DNA of 26,389 nucleotides. Origin: Candidatus Heimdallarchaeota archaeon B3_Heim (lineage in GTDB: Archaea; Asgardarchaeota; Heimdallarchaeia; Hodarchaeales; Hodarchaeaceae). The DNA is taken from NCBI GenBank assembly GCA_003144275.1, contig NJBF01000045.1:1-26389 (forward strand). Direction: 5' to 3'. Shown piece by piece: positions 1 through 8,700 of the stretch. The notes under the pieces were generated by a model. That model made no database searches and had not been told where the DNA came from. It was given only the letters and a program-made list of their open reading frames with translations. Every line of letters starts with the position of its first letter. Within the stretch, counting starts at the first letter, position 1. Both the position numbers and the translations under genes were made by a program.

Positions 1-176
1 ACCTCAGATATCTCTATATTCAGAATCATCACTATATAAGGCTTTTGGCTGCTCTTACTAGCAAATCTGAAGCTTTATAAGTTACGTTAAGACTGAAATA
101 TTTCATCGATAAATAGGGATCAACATCCGATTTGTTTTTCTCTACATTCCTAAGTATCAAACTGGAAACAAAAACA

Positions 177-1217
177 ATGCTATCAGAAGAAGAAAAGCTC
201 TATTTCTCGCGTCAAATAGTCCTTCCAAATTTTGGTGAATCTGGTCAGGAGAAGTTGAAACAATCGAAAATATTGATAGTTGGAATTGGAGGTCTTGGAA
301 CCTTCTCCAGTCTATTGCTAGCTGAAATGGGAGTAGGTTACCTTCGTATTGTCGACCGAGACCTCATTGAAAAGACTAATTTACATAGAACTCCACTTTA
401 TACCGAAGAAGATTTGAATCAAGCAAAAGTTGAGGTTGCAGCAAGGCATTTAAAGAGATTGAATCCATCTATGGTCGTAGATACTCACGCTTGCCACATC
501 AATAGCGGAAACATCGCAGAACTGCTTGAAAGTATTGATCTAGTCATTGATGGTTTAGATAATTTTGAAACTCGGCGTGTAATTAACCGTGAATGTGTGA
601 AGAAAGGTGTACCCTTCGTTTTTTGTGGTGTAAGCGGCAGAATTGGTAACATTGCGATATTCAACTCCACTGATAAGGCCCCCTGTCTCGCTTGTCTTTA
701 TCATGAAGTAAATGATGACGACCTTGAAGGTTGCGATATTACAGGCATCCATCCAGCCCTTCTAGCTGTAATAACGGGACTCCAAGTTCATGAAGCAATA
801 AATTTTCATCTTCACAAGGATACCGCGCTTGTAAACTCCTTATTATTTGTTGATCTTCAGAATTTGAGTTTTAATATGATCCCCATTCAAAAATCGAATA
901 ACTGTAAAGTGTGTTCTTCTTCTGAAAATTTTCAAGTTGAAAAACCTAAAACCGAATATTCTTCTGTAGAATTATGCGGAAGTAACTCCTTTATGATCGT
1001 TCCAGAGAGAAAGCAAGATATTAGATTGGAACAAGTTCTAGAAAAAATTTTGCATGAATTTAAATTAGTGAAACAAGGTAAGCTTGCTTTTACATTCAGT
1101 TATTCAGGGGATACAACTATTTCAGTATTTCAAGGGGGAAATGTTCTTATTAGGGGCCTAGAAACTAAAGAACAAGCGTTAAAAATCTGGGAAAAAATCA
1201 AAAATAAGTACTTATAA
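177..1217 (+). CDS. ThiF/MoeB/HesA family E1-like adenylyltransferase with C-terminal extension
   Basis: YFSRQI, GQEKL, GIGGLG nucleotide-binding loop, DRDLIEKTNLHR, DGLDNFETR, Zn pairs CLAC and CKVC, candidate catalytic Cys in GCDITG. ATG at 177 fits the family N-terminus better than the TTG at 132. Confidence 0.92.
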   Translation: MLSEEEKLYFSRQIVLPNFGESGQEKLKQSKILIVGIGGLGTFSSLLLAEMGVGYLRIVDRDLIEKTNLHRTPLYTEEDLNQAKVEVAARHLKRLNPSMVVDTHACHINSGNIAELLESIDLVIDGLDNFETRRVINRECVKKGVPFVFCGVSGRIGNIAIFNSTDKAPCLACLYHEVNDDDLEGCDITGIHPALLAVITGLQVHEAINFHLHKDTALVNSLLFVDLQNLSFNMIPIQKSNNCKVCSSSENFQVEKPKTEYSSVELCGSNSFMIVPERKQDIRLEQVLEKILHEFKLVKQGKLAFTFSYSGDTTISVFQGGNVLIRGLETKEQALKIWEKIKNKYL

Positions 1218-1434
1218 GAAGGAATTACTTGTAATCATGTTTTCTCGCTTCCTCATCTGATGAAACGCGAAGATTTTTACTAGCACTTCTTATTTAGTCT
1301 TGGCCAACATATACAGTATAGCAAAAATATCAACGAGTTAGCGAATATTAATATAAAGTGCTTAACTGATAACCCTCAGATGAATAGCGGTACGATATTT
1401 TTACAACAACGAATTGTCTGGATGAATAATATAG

Positions 1435-2598
1435 ATGGCTGATGTTATTTTATCTGCTTTTGATGAGAAAGTAGGACCTATTGCGATTTTCACAACAATT
1501 AAAGACCCTATATTGACAAAGAAAATCGCAGTAAAATCAGTTGTTTCCACACTCACTAATGTTAGGACTAGTGCTTCGGAGAATTTAGAAGGTGAGGCAA
1601 TTATTCCTTTTCCTGATGAGAATGTCATTTCGTTTATTTACTATACCACATTGAATCAGCGTACAGAAACTGGAGAACTTCGTGTCATCACACTGAGTGC
1701 AGTGGTGCAAAAGGAAAATAATACTTCTCTCTATGCTAATGCATCCATCCTCTCACAAAACGCGCTACGAATTAAGCGCCTTTTGAATAAAAATTATTCG
1801 TATGGACAACCTCTATCACCAGAGGTGATAAAAGAGCTAGAAAGGTGGGGGGAACTTAAAGAAACACCAAAATCTGAAGTTATTGCTGAAAAAGAGATTG
1901 AATTTGGATTAAGCAGTCTTTTCAAATTATTTCCAACAAAGAAAGACAGTAAAGGCTATTCAGATCCTTTAACTGCATTATTTTTTGGTCTTCTAAGTAA
2001 AATTCCCGTAATATTAATAGGACCACAAATTGAATTTCTATTAGAGCTTACGGATATGCTTCGAGAATTCCGTTCAGAGGAGGAACTTGATGTCAGGATT
2101 TCTATTGATTTAAGAGATCCGACAAATGCAGCTACATTTAAGATACCCAGAGCTGACATAATATTATTAGATGAGCAACAAAATCAAAAGAAACATTTTT
2201 ACGCTGATCCGATTATTGTGATTGGTGTAGGAAGGGATTCAAAGTATATCAATTACACTGGATCTGAGAGTGCAATTCACACTTTCAACAATATATTGAA
2301 AAAAGCTCGTGAGATTTCTGACGAATCAGTGTCGTTCCTTTATCTGAAAGGGGAACTCTTGTCTTTTACGGCAAAGTTAACAAATCTGAAGGCATATTGT
2401 CTCTCTGGAAAGCAAGGTAAGGCAAAAGATATTGCTAAGATTATTAATGTAAATGAAGGTTATCTCTATGCCTTAACTGAAGTAATACGTCTAAGAAGTC
2501 TTGTTCCAGTCGAGCAACTCAATCTGATGTTTAGGAAAAAGACAAAATTTGAAGAATTAGAACTTCGTGGAAAAAAATTCGTTGGCTTTATTCAATAA
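1435..2598 (+). CDS. Longin/uDENN + cDENN-like protein (DENN/NPRL2-like eukaryotic-signature protein), putative
   Basis: N-terminal ILSAFDEKVGPIAIF resembles the hhhxxFDxxxGP start of uDENN/NPRL2 longin domains. The central ALFFGLLSKIPVILIG..LLELTDML resembles the cDENN core helix-strand-helix. The ORF is clear; the fold call is by eye. Confidence 0.6.
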   Translation: MADVILSAFDEKVGPIAIFTTIKDPILTKKIAVKSVVSTLTNVRTSASENLEGEAIIPFPDENVISFIYYTTLNQRTETGELRVITLSAVVQKENNTSLYANASILSQNALRIKRLLNKNYSYGQPLSPEVIKELERWGELKETPKSEVIAEKEIEFGLSSLFKLFPTKKDSKGYSDPLTALFFGLLSKIPVILIGPQIEFLLELTDMLREFRSEEELDVRISIDLRDPTNAATFKIPRADIILLDEQQNQKKHFYADPIIVIGVGRDSKYINYTGSESAIHTFNNILKKAREISDESVSFLYLKGELLSFTAKLTNLKAYCLSGKQGKAKDIAKIINVNEGYLYALTEVIRLRSLVPVEQLNLMFRKKTKFEELELRGKKFVGFIQ

Positions 2599-2634
2599 TA
2601 ATCTTTCATTGAAAAAAAACTGGATTGTTTTGGA

Positions 2635-3675
2635 ATGTCACAACGAGAGAAAGAAATTTCTGGTAAAATTGCTGAGTTGGATAAAGAAAAGAAGATTTTA
2701 GAGGGAACTCGAGCATATTATGAACAGAATCTCTCTTATGCAGAACTTGAGGAAATAACTGGGATATCCATACGTGAATTTAAGAGATTTCAAAGTGATA
2801 ACGAATTTCCTTATCGTGTTGGGTCTTATAATAAACAGGCCATTTTTGACAAAATCCAAAATCGAATAAATGCTATAGAAGCTGAAATCGTAAAACTTCG
2901 TGAATCAGTTTTTGGTGCACTAGATCAATTACTATTCATTCCTTCTTGGCAAACTATGATCGATTCATCCTTCAATGGCTTCTATTTGAATCAACCAGTG
3001 CAAAAGATATTCCAAGATACAGTCATCCTATTACCAGAGCTTGCCATGACTGGATTTGAAGAAACGACAGGGGAACCCTATTTTTTGATCACTGGATTAG
3101 GAATGTATTGGGTAAAATTTGAACTAGGGGCTGGTTCAATAGTAACAGACTACAGAGAAATAACTGGAATCGTATTACCCCTTGATATCTACCACCGTGC
3201 CCAAGATGAGGCGGAGCAAGTTCTGAAAAGCGAAAATATGCGTATGACCGAGTATATGACATCAATACCCTTCTCCTTAATACTAGCAAAATCAACCACA
3301 CAGATGTATCTAAGGGGGGTAATTTCTAGAAATATATTTCATCCCTACAAAGAAAGTTTTGACCAATTCATGAAGTTGTGTAAGGATCCTAATAGTTTTA
3401 ATCCTGATGAAGGTCTCAAAATTCTCTCTGGCGGTCTAACAAGTGATAAATCGTTCTACGGTAACGAACTTCTGACTGAAAAACCATTAGGGGAATATTC
3501 AAGATTAATAGCTGGTATTAAAAATACCCAACCCAAGTTAAATAAAATTTTAGAAAACCTACAACTTGAAACAATGAGTGAGGCGCTTTTCGAGAAGCTT
3601 GTAAAGATAAAAATCGAATTCAGTGAGATTGGTAGAAATTATCTTATTGATTGGATGCCTGGCCATATCAGCTAA
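2635..3675 (+). CDS. Hypothetical protein, N-terminal coiled-coil, 36 nt downstream of the DENN-like gene
   Basis: 346-aa ORF with ATG start. Heptad-like segments (EKEISGKIAELDKEKKIL; IQNRINAIEAEIVKLRE). No family recognised. Confidence 0.8.
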   Translation: MSQREKEISGKIAELDKEKKILEGTRAYYEQNLSYAELEEITGISIREFKRFQSDNEFPYRVGSYNKQAIFDKIQNRINAIEAEIVKLRESVFGALDQLLFIPSWQTMIDSSFNGFYLNQPVQKIFQDTVILLPELAMTGFEETTGEPYFLITGLGMYWVKFELGAGSIVTDYREITGIVLPLDIYHRAQDEAEQVLKSENMRMTEYMTSIPFSLILAKSTTQMYLRGVISRNIFHPYKESFDQFMKLCKDPNSFNPDEGLKILSGGLTSDKSFYGNELLTEKPLGEYSRLIAGIKNTQPKLNKILENLQLETMSEALFEKLVKIKIEFSEIGRNYLIDWMPGHIS

Positions 3676-3681
3676 AGTTTT

Positions 3682-4821
3682 TCAACCAAAGATCTCTTTT
3701 AAAGCATTTTTAATTATCTCAACTTCTGTTTCTGTGACTCCTGGATGAATTGGAACTTCAAAGTGGTTTTCCGATATTCGGTCAGTTATAGGTAGATTAA
3801 CTGTGCTATAATCGGGGTAATTCACGTACATATTCCAACGCCATTCTTTTATTCCCTGAAGGTAAGTTGGTTGTTTATGACATCCTAGAGCATAAATTCG
3901 TCGTGAAGCAATGTTTCTGGCTTTTAACTCCTTAATCACGTTATCAACTGAGTATTTATTCTCATCAACTACGGGTGCACAAACATAATGACTATGGGTG
4001 TAACCTATAGGAGTTTTTTGAATATTTATATGCTCTAGCTCTGATATTGTTTGTCTCAGTGCCTCAGCGTTCCTTTTTCGTTTTTCTAGCATTGATGGTA
4101 ATTTTCTTAATTGAATTAATCCAATTGCAGCTAACGGATCTGGAAGACGATAATTGTAACCAATTCTGTGATGTTCATATCCTCCACTTGGACCCCTGCC
4201 ATGATTTTTGAGGCTTTTAATACGCGAAGCCAGATCATCATCATCGGTAACAATCATCCCACCTTCTCCACTAATCATATTTTTAGTTGCATAAAAGGAG
4301 AAACATCCCATATCTCCGAACGTACCTACATGTTGACCATCGATTTTTGCCCCATGAGCTTGACAGGCATCCTCAATAATCACCAAATCATGATCCTCCG
4401 CAATATCCCTAATGATATTCATATCACTGGGTAAACCAAAAATATGCACAGGAAGAATAGCTTTTGTTTGAGGTGTCACTAATTTTTTTATACTTTCGGG
4501 ATCTATAGTATAAGTTTCAGGATCTATTTCTGCAAAGATTGGTATACCCCCTCCAAATGTAATAGAATTAGCAGAGGCAATGAAAGTAAATGCAGGGGTA
4601 ATAACTTCAGCTCCCGGTAATATATTTGCTGCTTCCATAGCAAGATGTAATGCCGCAGTCCCATTCACTGCACATATTGCATGTTTGGCACCTACAAATT
4701 CTGCAAATTCTTTTTCTAAGGCTCTTGCATTTTTTCCTTCAACAAATTGGCCATTTCGAATAGTTGAAGAAACTAAGGATATTTCCTCTTCCGAAATTTG
4801 GGGTTGTGCAATAAATTTCAT
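3682..4821 (-). CDS. DegT/DnrJ/EryC1/StrS family PLP-dependent sugar aminotransferase
   Basis: NGTAALH, TFIASAN, PVHIFG, IEDACQAHG, FSFYATKN (PLP lysine), GEGG, GYNYRL, PIHP. Start set at ATG 4821 (MKFIAQP), where family homology begins. Confidence 0.95.
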   Translation of the reverse strand: MKFIAQPQISEEEISLVSSTIRNGQFVEGKNARALEKEFAEFVGAKHAICAVNGTAALHLAMEAANILPGAEVITPAFTFIASANSITFGGGIPIFAEIDPETYTIDPESIKKLVTPQTKAILPVHIFGLPSDMNIIRDIAEDHDLVIIEDACQAHGAKIDGQHVGTFGDMGCFSFYATKNMISGEGGMIVTDDDDLASRIKSLKNHGRGPSGGYEHHRIGYNYRLPDPLAAIGLIQLRKLPSMLEKRKRNAEALRQTISELEHINIQKTPIGYTHSHYVCAPVVDENKYSVDNVIKELKARNIASRRIYALGCHKQPTYLQGIKEWRWNMYVNYPDYSTVNLPITDRISENHFEVPIHPGVTETEVEIIKNALKEIFG

Positions 4822-5023
4822 AAAATCAGATCTCTTATTGAAGTTAGTTATTAAACATGAATGTATAGGAATTAAGGTTACTAACAGTGTTTCCGTTAAG
4901 ATCGTAATCAATTTTAGACTGAAACAAATACTCTTAATTCATTTTTGAACAGACTTCTTACAAATAATTACAAATTGAAATCACAAATACTGGAAAAATA
5001 AGAGCACAAAGCTGGGATCATGA

Positions 5024-5737
5024 GTGAATGTGAACATAGATGTCGAACAGATTGTTAATAGATATCAAAATGTATGTTCACAACTTTCTCACTATATCCG
5101 AGATGAAAAACATCCACAGTTTGTACTAGTAACTAAAAATCAGCCTGTAGCTCTAATATTAAATCTTTTACAACATCTAGAATCACCAATCTTTGGAGAA
5201 AATCGTGTTTCAGAAGCACTTTCCAAAATTGAGAAATGTGAAGCTTCTAATGCGGAATGGCACTATATTGGCCACTTACAACGAAATAAAGTCAAATCTA
5301 TACTTGGAAAATTTACTTTGATCCATTCATTGGCTGATATAAAATTAGCAAAAGAGATTGAAAAGAGAGCTGTAACAATTGGTCAAAATGTGAATTGCTT
5401 GATCCAAATAGATATATCTGAGGATGGGACGAAGTTTGGTTTTCCACCAGACCAGAGCTACTTAATCGACTTGATGAATGAATTGACTCAGATGTCCCAT
5501 TTACAAATAAAAGGATTAATGACGATAGCACCTTTCATCCCCTCAGAAGAAACTCGACCATATTTTAGAAAAATGCGGTCAATCTTTGATGTATTAGCTG
5601 AACAAAGCCCTCACCTGAGAAATATTGAAATGGAAATCTTATCCATGGGGATGAGTAATGATTATATCGTTGCACTCGAGGAGGGTTCCACAATGATTAG
5701 AATTGGTAGTGCAATTTTTGAAGATCAAAGCTCCTGA
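5024..5737 (+). CDS. yggS: YggS/PLPBP pyridoxal phosphate homeostasis protein
   Basis: VTK (PLP Lys), FGENRVSE, WHYIGHLQRNKVK, GLMTI, LSMGMSNDY..ALEEGSTMIRIGSAIF. GTG start. Confidence 0.95.
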   Translation: MNVNIDVEQIVNRYQNVCSQLSHYIRDEKHPQFVLVTKNQPVALILNLLQHLESPIFGENRVSEALSKIEKCEASNAEWHYIGHLQRNKVKSILGKFTLIHSLADIKLAKEIEKRAVTIGQNVNCLIQIDISEDGTKFGFPPDQSYLIDLMNELTQMSHLQIKGLMTIAPFIPSEETRPYFRKMRSIFDVLAEQSPHLRNIEMEILSMGMSNDYIVALEEGSTMIRIGSAIFEDQSS

Positions 5738-5745
5738 TTAAATTT

Positions 5746-8700
5746 ATGAAAAGGCAGAACATGAAGTTGATAAATATGACAACTCCAGAAGTTAGTTTTA
5801 CACTAAAAAAAAGTGAAACAAAAATCTTAAACACATTAATATCCTTTGGTGGTCAAACCAAACATGATCTTATTCTTATTTCTGATGTACAAGAAGAAAA
5901 AGCTGAGCAAGCAATTTCAGAATTGATAAAAAAAGAATTTATTAGACTGAACGAAGAAACAGGACGTATTTCCGCTACTTTACCCGTTTCTGCATTAACA
6001 CGAATGCTCACTGAGAATATGGCTCTCATAGAAAATATGAAAGAGAATTATAAAGAGGAATTTCATAGCTCAAAAAATTCTGTAGAAGAAGCATTAAACA
6101 AGTTTCAGGAAACAGTGAATGACGGGTTCAAAGTTCTAAAAACTCAAAATGAAGAATTAGAGGTATCAATAAAGGAGGCCATAGAAGGAAAAGAAAAACT
6201 TAACCACTCGCAGTTAGACGAGATGGTGGATCAAGTAGTTACTTCAATGAATACAAAAATAACTGAAACTCAAAATTCTGTTCAGACAAGTATCTCAGAA
6301 GGGACATCGAAATTAGATAAACACTGGGGTAGAGCCATTGATGAATTTCAAAACTTGCCTGACTCTGGGACCCGTTCTCTCAAAGATTCTATCACTAAAT
6401 ATGAACAAGAGTTAAATGAGATTATAAAATCCTCAGTTGAAAAAATTAATAGCATCCAAACTCAATTTAATGATCTACTAGGTGCAATTGAAACTGAATC
6501 CGTTACTAGGATACAAGAATTCTACTCGAACACCGATACTGTTGGCAGTGACCTGAAAGTTAATTTAAACACCGGATTACAAGAATCTCGCAAACACGAA
6601 AAGGAATTCATAAATGAAGTACATCAACATGTGAGAACCTCACTCGAAAATGATGTACTAAACGCATTGAAGGCAGTAATTTCAGATTTATCAAAAGAAA
6701 TTGATAATGATATAAACGAGGCTCTAAAACTTGTTGTTCAGCAAACTGATAAAGCAATCACTGCAAGTTCAGAACAAATGAAGACAGAGTTTACTGAGTT
6801 CACTGAAGATGCAAAGGAATTAATCCAAGAACAAAAAATCTCATTAAATGTTCTTGAAACAGAGATTTCGGAGATTACAGCAGAGCAGAAGCTAGAATCA
6901 GTAAGAGACTTATTTCTAAGCCAATTGCAAGCCGGTCAAACTACAGAACTTAATCAATTGGAAACAAGCTACCGACACACTCAAAAATCAGTAATCGATC
7001 TTGTTGAATCTTTAAGAAATTCTGCAAAAGCTAAATTAGCCCAACAAGGAGCAGAGTTTGAAAAGCTAATCAACAATTTTTCTGATTTAATTGACCAATC
7101 GGTGAGTCGGAAAGAACTGGATATTACTAGATTACAACACCTATCTCAATCTATTGAACAATTATTAAGAAATTTGCTTGTCTCAATTCCAATGCGTACA
7201 AATCAATTTAGAATTTCCTTGAAAGATTCATTAGAAGGCACTAACAAAAGTTTACAAGAAGAATATACAGAATCTTCGAGTGGTTCCGTAAGTAAAATTT
7301 ACGAAAAACTTGCTAATTCTCAACAAAGAATTGAATCTATAACTAATGAAACACTGGATGAAAGTAAAAATGAAATTGAGAAAGTAATTGCCTCATCAGA
7401 TCAATTTCAATCTGGTATTTCTGCTCTTCAAGAAGATTATCTGAGTAAAGTTGAGAATCGATTTGATCAGAGAGCTAAAGTGATGAATACAGAGTTAGAA
7501 GCAATAACTCGCAATTTCCAACAATTACTTGAGGGAATTGAAACAGGAGTTGGAGGCATTCATTCTCGTTTGACTTCGGAAGGCGTTACAAATATTTCTG
7601 CTGTTGAAACCTCTCTTCAGAGCAAACTAACTCAACTTAGGAGTGAAATAACTACCATATTTTCACAGAGTCAATCTGAGGCGCAAGAATTTGTTAGTTC
7701 GTTAAATGAAAATTTACAAACCCATTTAGAACGCACATTAGACGTAATTAAAGAGGGTTTTAGTCAAGTCAAATCTGAATATAATTTAGAGCTATCAAAT
7801 CAGTTAGAACAGCTTAATAACAAAAGTAAAGAACAACAAGACACTTTAATTGAAACAATAGAAGCTTTTTCACAGAAAGCATCCTTTAGTGGTTTTAAAT
7901 CGAATCTCGAGAAAACCCTTGAAGAAAATCAAAGTACCCTAAATGAGTTTATTGCGGAAAATCGAAGCAGTTTGGATGAAGTTATTTCTTTACAGAAAGC
8001 AAACATTACCAAATATCAAGAAAAAGGGCCTACGGATATATTAGGTTTTATTAATCAAATTCAATCCAATGCTACAACTCAAAACAAGAATATTAAGGAC
8101 TCACTGGAAGACCTACTTTCCTACCACAACAGTTTTTCAGATTCAACGATGTCTGAGGTAACAACATTAATTCGTCAGGTTCATGAGAGTGGAGATAAGC
8201 TTAAATCAATTCTTAATGAATCTTTACAGACTATGTTAACCAACCTGAATCGTACAAGCGAAAATATTGATTTATATTATTCTGATACACTAACGGAACT
8301 AGAAAATCAGCTTGGAGTCACTTCAGGATTTGTTACCTCCGAAATTGACACTTCCTTTCAATCGATCCGAAGTGAAATTGAGTCATTGAAGGAGGGTATG
8401 GAAAATACAGTAGCAAGGCTTAATACAGATCTCAAAGGAATAGTTTCTGATTCAGACCAAGAATTCAAGAGTAATGTTCCTGAAATCACAGAACAATTTT
8501 CTAGCGCTTTCGACACTTTGGTAAAAGAAAAAACCTCCTCTAACTTAGAGTTACAAAATACACTCTCTGATAATATGACAAATTTTATGAAATCTTATAG
8601 TTCTCAAGTGTCTGCTATTAGAACAAAGCTACATGATTTATTAGCTCAATTTAACAAAGCTATTGAGTCGAATCTTGAAAATTTAGACGTTATTGTCGAA

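Noticed and set aside
1-32. Possible start of a minus-strand gene (MILNIEISE...) leaving the left edge
   Set aside because: Only about 9 codons are visible; plausible as a divergent partner but not supportable.
1253-1383. CTGATGA (hammerhead core or C/D box C) near 1257 and an 8-bp inverted repeat TCATCTGA/TCAGATGA
   Set aside because: No stem II + GAAA arrangement follows, no D box at guide-RNA spacing, and an 8-bp match about 115 nt apart is expected by chance.
4580-4948. 122-aa plus-strand ORF, and other short ORFs nested in recognised genes (e.g. 485-670, 1401-1628, 4168-4434, 10163-10468, 19838-20119, 22500-22766, 24067-24321)
   Set aside because: They overlap confidently identified genes, antisense or out of frame, and show no family motifs.
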